A stretch of 63,676 bases of DNA from Candidatus Kaiserbacteria bacterium GW2011_GWA2_52_12 (GCA_001004345.1 LCQW01000001.1:1-63676), one strand, 5' to 3'; positions 9,632-17,985 are shown, counted from the first letter of the stretch. Program-made: numbers and translations. Notes: generated by a model from the sequence alone, not told the origin.

Positions 9632-10305
9632 ACGGTACCGAGCGGCTGATGATACATTTCACCCAAAAAATATTTCAGTATCGAAGACAGATCTTCTTCA
9701 GTTGTCGCTTTTTTCACTTTATTAAAATATGTCATACGCATCAGTTCTGTTTGGGAGAGACGCTGATCAGTAAGCGCAGCTTTGAAAATAATGTCATCGG
9801 CCGCCTGTTTGAGTGGAATGCCCGCATAATCCGCGTATTGCACCACGTACGGTATTTCCATGGTCCTCGTCTCGTCATACCCGCAATCCCGGAATAGTAT
9901 CGCCTGCAATTTTTTGGATAGATAGATAGTGTCTTGCGAGGCAATGCCATACGAAGAATCGTATCGTGCTATGATTATGTTTCTCATGATGGGAAGGATG
10001 GTCGCACCTTTATGCATAGCAAGCTTCGATTTGTCGCGAAGCATATCTACGTTCGGTGATGGATTTTTCTTCACCACTCTAGATGCCGGATCGAACACCC
10101 ATTCCGGATACTGTTCGGGGGAGGTATCTTTTAGCGGCGATTCATTGAGATAATTGGGAATATTGATATTAAAAACTGCGAATGAGTGCGGAGTGCAATC
10201 AGTTAAAAATGCTATGACCCCGGGGAATCTATCGATGGCGAGGATCGCCTTTGAGGAGAAATCGAGCAATGCATGGGTGGGCATACGAGTAAAATGTTGA
10301 TTCAT
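9628..10305 (-). CDS. Hypothetical protein, translationally coupled to the PP-loop ATPase
   Basis: 225-aa ORF with no recognisable motif. Its stop overlaps the start of the next gene by 4 nt. Confidence 0.5.
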   Translation of the reverse strand: MNQHFTRMPTHALLDFSSKAILAIDRFPGVIAFLTDCTPHSFAVFNINIPNYLNESPLKDTSPEQYPEWVFDPASRVVKKNPSPNVDMLRDKSKLAMHKGATILPIMRNIIIARYDSSYGIASQDTIYLSKKLQAILFRDCGYDETRTMEIPYVVQYADYAGIPLKQAADDIIFKAALTDQRLSQTELMRMTYFNKVKKATTEEDLSSILKYFLGEMYHQPLGTV

Positions 10306-10350
10306 TATATATTGCCATTTTGTTTTATCAATGTATGTAAGCCGCGATGT

Positions 10351-10380
10351 AAAAAAAGAGCCGACCTCCTGGATCGGCTC
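10351..10380 (-). terminator. Rho-independent terminator ending the YcaO operon
   Basis: On the minus strand, a GAGCCGAtccaggaggTCGGCTC hairpin is followed by a T7 run, 6 nt after the stop of the 80-aa ORF. Confidence 0.65.
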
Positions 10381-10386
10381 AGTGAT

Positions 10387-10629
10387 CTAATATCTTCGGC
10401 AGTTCCGCACGTCTTGCGCCCATCGCGTGCGAAGGAGCGACAGCATCCCGGGCGGACATAACCCCGAACGTGGATATATTTTTTTTAGTGAGTTTCTATC
10501 GAAACCCACACTGCCATCGTCCCGGTATCCAAACCCCGGGACTGGGGCACGTTTATCCATGATCAGCTGCGCTGATGCGCCGCTGATCATGAGTACCGAA
10601 ACTAAAACAGCTGCGATTACCGTCCTCAT
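10387..10629 (-). CDS. Small secreted protein (80 aa, signal peptide), last gene of the YcaO operon
   Basis: MRTVIAAVLVSVLMISGASAQ signal-like N-terminus. The mature part is Gly/Asp/Arg-rich with 2 Cys. Confidence 0.5.
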   Translation of the reverse strand: MRTVIAAVLVSVLMISGASAQLIMDKRAPVPGFGYRDDGSVGFDRNSLKKIYPRSGLCPPGMLSLLRTRWAQDVRNCRRY

Positions 10630-10661
10630 TTCAGCCTCCTTTTGCTAACTGAAATTATAGT

Positions 10662-11960
10662 TCATTTTTTTTGAAAGTCAAGTGATTCGTCGGCAACGAT
10701 TTTTGATTTCCCGCGCGGAGTTTGCGTAATGTGTGCAACGATTTCGACGTCAATGACAATGTGCTGCCCGGTGATTGTACGCACCGATTCTCGAATGCGA
10801 TCGCGGTCCGATTCTTTGAAATACGGGCCCGGAATGATCCGCACTGCGAGCCGGTCTTCCGCGTGTTTTACCACTTGATATTGCAGCACGATATCCATAA
10901 AGCCGTCGAGCGCCCCGTCAAACTCAAGATGATGGATTTTTCTGCCGTCAAACGATAAAAATGCCGAGTATCTCCCCTCTACCCATATGCGCGGCGTCTC
11001 GAGGCCGCAGGCGCACTTCTCCCGTGTCAGCACACCTTGATCCCCGGTTTCATAGCGAATGAAGGGCATATTGTAGTTCATAAGATCGGTAACGATGATT
11101 CTGCCGCGCCGTTTTTCTTTTTGCGGGAATCCGCGCTCATCCACGACCTCGACTATGACGGACTCACTGTTCACGTGCATGCCGTCATGGTATTTACATT
11201 CAATCGCGGCGCTTCCGCAGAGCTCTATGAGGCCGTAATAATCGTATACTTCCGCGGAAAATGCTTCGGCGATAGTGCGGCGGGCGAGGGGGCCGAGCAT
11301 TTCTCCGAAGGGGACGACATACTTCGATACAAGCGCCGCCGCCGTTTTGTCGCTTTTTATAATACTCACCATTTCCAGAAGAATAGAGGGGAAAGTTGTG
11401 ATGATGTCCGGCTGAAAATCGGCCATTTCACGGAGCGCTTTTTTGGGATTCCGCCGAAAGTCGGATAAATTGATAAAAAGAAGGTTGTCGAACTTCGGGA
11501 ATTTGACGTCTATGCGGACAGTTTTAAAGGTCTTGAATACATTCATGTCGTGGCTGTCCCAATACAGAAAACGATATCGCGTAAAGTTCGAGAAATTGGG
11601 ATTAAATGTCGCAGTTCCGGCAAGAACAGAAAACGGTTCGCCCGAAGAGCCCGATGTATTTTTCCATACCATTCGGAGCAATCGGCTGGTATCCGTATAT
11701 TCCTCGACCGCCTTACCTCTGAAAAAATCTTTCATAATGATCGGTAATCGTTCAAAGTCTCCCATGCGGATAATTTCATCAGGACGTACACCATGTGCCG
11801 CATATAATTCGGCGTATACAGGGATAGAGCGAACGGCGTGCCTCACGATCTTTCGAGCATAGGATACCTGCCACTTCTCGATGGCGCGCGCACCGCGCAT
11901 GTGCAAAAAGAACATCCGATACCAGTTCAGCCGATTTTTGATCGTGCGAAAGAGGTGCAT
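10662..11960 (-). CDS. Adenylate-forming enzyme, PaaK / CapK / coenzyme F390 synthetase-like (copy 2)
   Basis: TSGSSGEPF (acyl-AMP P-loop-like motif), YYGLIE, YETGDQG and a C-terminal PRGKSKIV lysine motif. Confidence 0.7.
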   Translation of the reverse strand: MHLFRTIKNRLNWYRMFFLHMRGARAIEKWQVSYARKIVRHAVRSIPVYAELYAAHGVRPDEIIRMGDFERLPIIMKDFFRGKAVEEYTDTSRLLRMVWKNTSGSSGEPFSVLAGTATFNPNFSNFTRYRFLYWDSHDMNVFKTFKTVRIDVKFPKFDNLLFINLSDFRRNPKKALREMADFQPDIITTFPSILLEMVSIIKSDKTAAALVSKYVVPFGEMLGPLARRTIAEAFSAEVYDYYGLIELCGSAAIECKYHDGMHVNSESVIVEVVDERGFPQKEKRRGRIIVTDLMNYNMPFIRYETGDQGVLTREKCACGLETPRIWVEGRYSAFLSFDGRKIHHLEFDGALDGFMDIVLQYQVVKHAEDRLAVRIIPGPYFKESDRDRIRESVRTITGQHIVIDVEIVAHITQTPRGKSKIVADESLDFQKK

Positions 11961-11985
11961 GCTGTTATTTCATGATTATAGACAC

Positions 11986-13320
11986 TTAAAATGTACGAAC
12001 AAAGTATACGGCTTTACCGCTCGCAGCCGGCGGTATGTCGTCCACAATTTCCCACGTGATACGCACGGTGGGAAGCATTTTTTCCATGAGAGCTCTTTCC
12101 ATGGCCGCCTTTTGTTCATCGTACAGCTTGCCGGGGATGACTTTCACCGTGAACGCAAGAGGGGCTGTATGAACGATTTGATACTGGCGGATTGACTGGA
12201 AGAAGCGGTCGAAAACAGAAGCGAGTTCCAGAAGCGGAACTTTTCTTCCCCTCGTAAGTTCGATCATATGCGCTTCGCGTCCTTTCAGGCGCATCGTGCG
12301 CAGTGTGCGACCACATGTACAGGGTGTAGTGTCGATAGTGCCAAGATCTCCTGTAAAATATCGGATGAAGGGCATCACACGTTGTTCAAATGCGGTAACA
12401 ACGACGCGGCCTTCGTCTCCTGCGGGAGTGGAGTGTCCCTGTATGTCGATAATTTCAACGAGATATGATTCTTCGTTGATGTGGAGCTTGTGATGTTCGC
12501 ATTCAAATGCCAGCCAGCCTAATTCCTGCGCAGGATAGCATGTGTATATATTTGCACCGAAGGCCTCTGCCATCACGCCGCGCGCCTCGGGGAGCAGTTC
12601 TTCTCCTGTAGCAATTACGCCGCGAATGGGGAGGAATATATTTTTTTCGCGCATTACACGCGCAAGTTCCAAGAGCGGGGATACGAATCCATACAAAATA
12701 AAGCCTTTTTTGTGCGACGAAGCCAATGCGACAAAATCTTTAAATCGATGTCGTATGAAATTGTAACCGCCGATGAAAAAGAACGCATAGCTCGTGAACG
12801 CAAATCCTTGCCGTTCCCGAGCGCGCATGGAAATGACGGGGAAACGCCTGCCGCCGCCTGCAGTGCGCAGCATCCGCTCACAGAGAGCGTACATACGGAG
12901 CACGTAGCCGCGATCCTGATAAAAACGGAACGGCATTCCCGTCGAGCCAGACGTGCGATCCCAAAAACTTCCATTGATATACCGTTCATTCGTAATGTAC
13001 CCGACATCTCTATCGAGGAGGTTCTTTTTTGATGTGATAGGAAGTTTTGAAAGATCATCAGCGGCGAATACATAAGGATCTACACCTGATCGAGAGAAAA
13101 CGTCTCGCCAGAAAGGAACCATATTCGAGTCTCGTATCAAGGCGGCAATACGCTTTCTTGTTATCGTTTCGATACGTGCACGCGGCCAGTACTGGCTTTT
13201 TAGGAGTACGTGCATATCGAAAAAGAACGGGATGCGCCTGAAAAGGCGATACGAAAAATGTATCGTCCACAGAGAATCATTCCGCAATCCTTTTTTGAGC
13301 AAGACATGTTCCGCAAACAT
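11986..13320 (-). CDS. Adenylate-forming enzyme, PaaK / CapK / coenzyme F390 synthetase-like (copy 1)
   Basis: TSGSTGMPF, YFTGDLG and a C-terminal ASGKAVYF motif. It is a paralogue of the adjacent gene. Confidence 0.7.
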   Translation of the reverse strand: MFAEHVLLKKGLRNDSLWTIHFSYRLFRRIPFFFDMHVLLKSQYWPRARIETITRKRIAALIRDSNMVPFWRDVFSRSGVDPYVFAADDLSKLPITSKKNLLDRDVGYITNERYINGSFWDRTSGSTGMPFRFYQDRGYVLRMYALCERMLRTAGGGRRFPVISMRARERQGFAFTSYAFFFIGGYNFIRHRFKDFVALASSHKKGFILYGFVSPLLELARVMREKNIFLPIRGVIATGEELLPEARGVMAEAFGANIYTCYPAQELGWLAFECEHHKLHINEESYLVEIIDIQGHSTPAGDEGRVVVTAFEQRVMPFIRYFTGDLGTIDTTPCTCGRTLRTMRLKGREAHMIELTRGRKVPLLELASVFDRFFQSIRQYQIVHTAPLAFTVKVIPGKLYDEQKAAMERALMEKMLPTVRITWEIVDDIPPAASGKAVYFVRTF

Positions 13321-13385
13321 ACCGAGTATGGTTCAATACTACCGCAATTCTGAAAAAATAACGTACAGAAGTGTCTAAAATATCG

Positions 13386-14075
13386 TCAAGTACTCCCGAT
13401 TGCTATCGCATACACAGGTTGCTCGATTGAATTGTCGAGGTCCAATATGTCGATCACAGCCTTGTCGTCAAATCTCGCCAGAGGACATGTGCCGAGATTC
13501 AGCGCCGTTGCGACGAGTAGTATATTTTGTGCCATGTGTCCGGCTTCGAGCATGCCCAGATAGTATCCAAAATCGCCGTACTTTTCACAATTACGATCCC
13601 ATACCGCGGTGAACATCAGGGTGAGAGGTGCGGCGTTAGCCCATGTATTTGCTGAATTATTTGAAAAAATATTCAATGGGTCTGGAATATTCCACAATCG
13701 TTCAAGTGCGTGCCCGACAACTCTGTAATGAAATGCGCCGCGCGTGAGCGATTCAACATTTTGTGTAAAGAGGTACGTTTCTATCGGGAACACCGCACCA
13801 CCCGAAGGATAGTGACGTGAGCGGCCTTCGCGAACGCCGAGCGCATGCCCAAGTAGCGTCCCGATATCACCTGCGGATAGAGGCACAGAAGAATCGAGTG
13901 ACCGACTAGAAGCCCGCTTCTTCAGCACCTCATCGAGGCCGACTCGGAGCGGGGAATACCCAAGCGATATCTGCTCCATCCGCGGGTAGCTTTTACTTTC
14001 TTTCACCACGTCGACACCCGTGCCGTTTTTGCACGTTCGCAAATGCTCGTGAATGGCGTACGGAAGTTTTTTCAT
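13386..14075 (-). CDS. SagB-type (nitroreductase-fold, FMN) dehydrogenase
   Basis: KRASSRS..., HYPSGGAVFPIETYLF, GAFHY and AGHMAQNILLVATALNLGTCPL are typical SagB/nitroreductase blocks. An ATGA overlap joins it to the YcaO stop. Confidence 0.8.
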   Translation of the reverse strand: MKKLPYAIHEHLRTCKNGTGVDVVKESKSYPRMEQISLGYSPLRVGLDEVLKKRASSRSLDSSVPLSAGDIGTLLGHALGVREGRSRHYPSGGAVFPIETYLFTQNVESLTRGAFHYRVVGHALERLWNIPDPLNIFSNNSANTWANAAPLTLMFTAVWDRNCEKYGDFGYYLGMLEAGHMAQNILLVATALNLGTCPLARFDDKAVIDILDLDNSIEQPVYAIAIGST

Positions 14076-15490
14076 GCGAACGGGTGCGGCTCATCGAGGT
14101 ACGGTGAGGAACGAGGCGTATATCCGAACATGCGAGCGACGCGCTCCCTTCGGGGCCCGCCGCCGTATTGATATCTCTCATTTTGATGGATTGGCAGGAG
14201 CTCTGGCATTACGACCATCTCTATATGCCACGGCGAAACATTCTCGGGAGATTCTGTATAGGAGATGGCGGCACATTCGTACTTATTTTTCCCGCACCAC
14301 TCCGTGATGAGCGACAAGTGCGCCTCCGGCGAAACGGCGATGTCTGTTCCGGAATGTTCCACGAGCGGTCCGCTCGTCAAAAAAGCGAGTTTCTTGTATC
14401 TGTCGCCGATAGCCCAGTACTGCGAGCGCTCCGTATGTACGACATCGCATGCTTTTTTTTCCTCGCCGAACGACTTCGTCTCTCTCTGCCGCCGAATGTT
14501 ACGCCGCATGCGGAGCGCTTCGAGCGCGGCATGTTCAACGGCATGTGAAAGATTGCGGTGCGCACAGAGCCCCATCGACCACGGAGGCATTTTCGCATGC
14601 TCGTCGTGGACAACGACACATACCGTATATGCCGGTGCGTCCGACGGCAAGAGCATCGCGTCGACGGAGAGCCGATAGCGGGCGCACTTTGCAAGGAGCG
14701 CTCTCACGTCGGAGGATTTTTTGTTGAATTTCGCGAGGTCGATGCGTGGGGGCGAAATTTGATTGAGCCACGTGATCATAAAGGCATCCCGCTCGATGAT
14801 CTCGAGCGCTCCGCCAAGGCGGGCAAATGCTTGCGACGGGCCCGCCGCCATGCCGGTCGTGATGGGTTCAAGAATGACCGGCTCGTGGCCCTTTCTGAAA
14901 TTCTCGATACCGTATTTGCCGCTCGCTACCTGTGCGGGAACCCATACCGGTTTGCCGCTCACAAGCGATTGCCCGCAAACCCATCGATATTCCGCATCGG
15001 GGTGCAATGTAAGGCGTTGAATATTCGCGCGCTGCTCCCTGGTAAATCCGGCGAATTGTTCCGGCAATAGGACGTGCCCTTGCGCAAGAATATCGCGTGC
15101 ACTCGCACGTACGACATCGGAAAATTCTACGGTGTACCACAGATGCCGCTCGACTGCTTCTGCGAGCGTAGATATGAGTGCCGAGCGATCACTCCCCCGT
15201 GACATCCCTCCCGCGACGCCGCCCTCGTGCACGAGAGTGGCTCGCCATTGGAAAAATCGCGGTTCGTCGGGAAAACCACCAACGGGCCCGTATGAGTGTA
15301 TTATTTTTGCCGCTCGCAGCCGCTCGGCCACTTCGAGCAGATCGACAAGGTCTTCACGCCCGAAAGGTATACGCGCCCGCTCAAATACGAATGTTCCTCC
15401 AAGGCGACGCTCTAAAAAACGAACAAATGCTTGGATGCCTGGTTTGGATTTCCCCCAGAGAACCTCGAAGGAGATCGCGTCTATAAGCAT
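14072..15490 (-). CDS. YcaO-domain cyclodehydratase-like protein
   Basis: STLAEAVERHLW, LEPITTGMAAGPSQAFARLGGALEIIERDAFMITWLN and a Pro-rich C-terminus resemble YcaO family proteins. No fused E1-like domain is seen. Confidence 0.8.
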   Translation of the reverse strand: MLIDAISFEVLWGKSKPGIQAFVRFLERRLGGTFVFERARIPFGREDLVDLLEVAERLRAAKIIHSYGPVGGFPDEPRFFQWRATLVHEGGVAGGMSRGSDRSALISTLAEAVERHLWYTVEFSDVVRASARDILAQGHVLLPEQFAGFTREQRANIQRLTLHPDAEYRWVCGQSLVSGKPVWVPAQVASGKYGIENFRKGHEPVILEPITTGMAAGPSQAFARLGGALEIIERDAFMITWLNQISPPRIDLAKFNKKSSDVRALLAKCARYRLSVDAMLLPSDAPAYTVCVVVHDEHAKMPPWSMGLCAHRNLSHAVEHAALEALRMRRNIRRQRETKSFGEEKKACDVVHTERSQYWAIGDRYKKLAFLTSGPLVEHSGTDIAVSPEAHLSLITEWCGKNKYECAAISYTESPENVSPWHIEMVVMPELLPIHQNERYQYGGGPRRERVARMFGYTPRSSPYLDEPHPFA

Positions 15491-15552
15491 GGTGCGGATT
15501 ATATATCAACACCTTCCATTTGACAGAGTTTCGGGTATGCATACACCCGAGA

Positions 15553-15558
15553 TATAAT
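15553..15558 (+). promoter_or_regulatory. TATAAT -10-like hexamer 6 nt upstream of the precursor ATG (possible leaderless transcript)
   Basis: TATAAT at 15553-15558, ATG at 15565, and no SD motif. The -35 region is weak (TTCGGG). Confidence 0.3.
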
Positions 15559-15564
15559 AAGATT

Positions 15565-15843
15565 ATGTTTCTAGCTCATAAAGTGCGAAACGCGGCAAGA
15601 TCGTTTACCCGCAAGACGCGTATCAAACTCCTACTTGTTTTAGGGTTTGCTTCTATTTTCTTTATTGCCGCTCCGCGCGTTCTTCACTACGATCAGACCC
15701 CTGTGGGACCCGATGCGGCGCATGCCGATGCCCCCGATTGCGGTGATTGCGGTTGCGGCGCCCCTGACTGCGCCTCTGACTGCGCCTCTGACTGCGCCCC
15801 TGACTGCGCCTCTGACTGCGGCTCCTGTGCCTGTGGTAAATAG
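15565..15843 (+). CDS. Candidate RiPP (TOMM/azole-type) precursor peptide with signal-anchor-like N-terminus and Cys-rich repetitive C-terminal core
   Basis: MFLAHKVRNAARSFTRKTRIKLLLVLGFASIFFIAAPRVL...APDCGDCGCGAPDCASDCASDCAPDCASDCGSCACGK. It has 10 Cys in the last 35 aa and lies divergent, 74 bp from YcaO. The ORF-track TTG start at 15520 is less likely. Confidence 0.65.
   Translation: MFLAHKVRNAARSFTRKTRIKLLLVLGFASIFFIAAPRVLHYDQTPVGPDAAHADAPDCGDCGCGAPDCASDCASDCAPDCASDCGSCACGK
15766..15825 (+). repeat. Five tandem copies of a 12-bp unit GACTGCGCCTCT (in-frame, encoding D-C-A-S/P)
   Basis: Copies run 15766-77, 15778-89, 15790-801 (one substitution), 15802-13 and 15814-25 (degenerate). The repeat lies inside the precursor ORF. 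Confidence 0.95.
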
Positions 15844-15915
15844 ACTTTCCACTGCGTGGGATCAATACGTTGTGCGTTGCGCAACAGCTTTGTGGTGTAT
15901 GATAATATTATCTAA

Positions 15916-16728
15916 ATGTTTAGTGGACGCGCGCAATCGAGTGGATCAATTTTGTCGCTGCGCGATCTTGTTGTTATCGTCGTCGCACTCGGACTGCTTG
16001 GATTTTTTGATGGGGCCATCGGATACACAGTCGGTGCGTATGAACGTGCTATGTTCGCCGTCGCGCCGAGTGCGCAGCGTGCTGCTTCGTATGGGGAGCG
16101 TCATATCGACGCGCGGCAGTTTCCGGCTTTGTACGATATAGACCGCGCAGAATATTATTATGAGGAACTCGAAAAAATTGATCCGACATATCCATATCTC
16201 TATCACCAACGTGCGCGCATAGAATTTTTGCGTGGACATTTCATTATTGCGCTTTCGTACATAAACAAGGAGATCGAGACTCGTGGCGCAGATGAACCAA
16301 ACACCTATTACGTCCGCGGTCTTATCGAAGGGTATATGGGGCGCTACAAACAAGCAGCCGAGGACTATGCCACATACTTGAAGTCCGATCCATACAACTG
16401 GGCGGCGCTCAATGACTATGCGTGGGTGCTTCTGAAGGCAGGTCGACCCGATAAAGCGTTGGAAGTGATCAGTCGAGGACCCGCGGGTCACCAAATACAA
16501 AATGCATGGCTCCTGAATTCAAAAGCGATAGCGTTGTATGAACTTGGCCGGATGCCCGAGGCTCTTGAGGCGGCGAAACAAGCATTGACCATGGTCGGAA
16601 ACGTCAAAGAAAAGAATTGGCTCACGGCATATCCCGGCAATGATCCGAAGATCGCTGGAGAGGGGATTGCGGCACTCAAACGATCCATAGAAACGAACAT
16701 GAAAGCTATCGAACTCGCAATAAAATAG
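15916..16728 (+). CDS. Membrane-anchored TPR-repeat protein
   Basis: N-terminal hydrophobic helix, then repeated 34-aa Ala/Tyr/Leu-patterned units (YYVRGLIEGYMGRYKQAAEDYATYLKSDP, NDYAWVLLKAGRPDKALEV, ...). Confidence 0.7.
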   Translation: MFSGRAQSSGSILSLRDLVVIVVALGLLGFFDGAIGYTVGAYERAMFAVAPSAQRAASYGERHIDARQFPALYDIDRAEYYYEELEKIDPTYPYLYHQRARIEFLRGHFIIALSYINKEIETRGADEPNTYYVRGLIEGYMGRYKQAAEDYATYLKSDPYNWAALNDYAWVLLKAGRPDKALEVISRGPAGHQIQNAWLLNSKAIALYELGRMPEALEAAKQALTMVGNVKEKNWLTAYPGNDPKIAGEGIAALKRSIETNMKAIELAIK

Positions 16729-16827
16729 CCTATCAACACATTATTCGGTAACAGGTACTGAATATATGCCCGGTCGGATATAATGGAAATCATCTCTCTT
16801 TGATCCTAATCGGAGAATCGCAATATC

Positions 16828-17985
16828 ATGAACTTGTATTATAAAATATTCGCAGGTGTCGTAGTAATAGGTTGCGTATCTGCCGCGGCTATCTACTTAT
16901 ACTTACAGCAACAGAAGCAAAAAGACGATGCGGCAGTGCAGGCAATAACAACGAACTTACTCGAAGCGAAGTACAGAGATGCAATACAAGAAACGGAAAC
17001 ATTACGTGCCAACAAACAAGAATCGGACCCACTCTACGCAATAGATCTTGAAATAGCGTCAATAGCAAGTTTCAGCGAGCTTGCTTTAAATCGCGCGGAT
17101 GCAGTGTCATCCGAGGAGTGGATCAACGTTATTCACATGGCAAAAAAACAGCTTGAATCCACGCGGGATCCATACCTTCAAGCAGGAGCCGTCGATCTAT
17201 TACTGCTTGTACTCCACCAAACGAACGATCCGGTTGTTGCCGCAGAAATCTTTGCAGGTGAACCCTTCAATAAACTTCGCGGACAGGATCGGAGTACCTC
17301 GCTCAAAAATCTGGCGACATATTCGATTGAACTATACCCGACAGCACCCCCCTACATCATGCTTGCGCGTGTACGGGCTGATGCGATAAATTATCTCCTC
17401 AAGCCCGGCTCAATCGTGCCGATTGACAATGCTAGTAGCACAGGCCTTATTTCGCGGGCTAATCAAATTGAAGAAAATGTAAAAAATGCGGAAATGGCTG
17501 CAAAAACTACGAAGGCCCGTGACGGGCGATCACCATTTTCCCTACTCACATACCCGTGGAACACAATATGGTCTGCGTATGCTCTTTCGCAGGCGGCGAG
17601 GGTTGACAAAAAGTATTGGTTGGAGACTGAAAACATGTTTAAGGACGCTATTTTATATACAGAGACGACGGTAGATAAAAATGGAAAGCCATATCCAGCT
17701 CTCCTGCAGCTTTCGGCGAAAGCACGCCTATATTACGCTCGCGGATTGTATGATATTTTTGGCGATGCGCGCGCGTCTGATATCACGAATACGCTCGATA
17801 CTTTAAGTGCGATGATTGAACGTCAGCCGGAGTTATACACGGCACAACAGCGACTTTTTGATCTCATACTCAAGAATCGCCATAGATCTGAAGTAACTCG
17901 CCATTGGTATGAAGAATTCGCCGGTCTTGCGAAATACTCGTCTTCATTTGCGTCGTATCTTAAGAGTAGAGGCTGGGATCTGTGA
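16828..17985 (+). CDS. Membrane-anchored hypothetical protein (385 aa)
   Basis: N-terminal TM helix (IFAGVVVIGCVSAAAIYLYL) and a helical-repeat-like remainder. No family recognised. Confidence 0.55.
   Translation: MNLYYKIFAGVVVIGCVSAAAIYLYLQQQKQKDDAAVQAITTNLLEAKYRDAIQETETLRANKQESDPLYAIDLEIASIASFSELALNRADAVSSEEWINVIHMAKKQLESTRDPYLQAGAVDLLLLVLHQTNDPVVAAEIFAGEPFNKLRGQDRSTSLKNLATYSIELYPTAPPYIMLARVRADAINYLLKPGSIVPIDNASSTGLISRANQIEENVKNAEMAAKTTKARDGRSPFSLLTYPWNTIWSAYALSQAARVDKKYWLETENMFKDAILYTETTVDKNGKPYPALLQLSAKARLYYARGLYDIFGDARASDITNTLDTLSAMIERQPELYTAQQRLFDLILKNRHRSEVTRHWYEEFAGLAKYSSSFASYLKSRGWDL

Noticed and set aside
15640-15884. Three minus-strand ORFs with RGAV/SQRR/QSEA repeats, and the question of whether the 12-bp repeats form a CRISPR-like array
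   Set aside because: They are alternative readings of the 12-bp tandem repeat inside the precursor ORF. The repeats are contiguous with no spacers, are far too short for CRISPR, and are in frame with a Cys-rich peptide next to YcaO.
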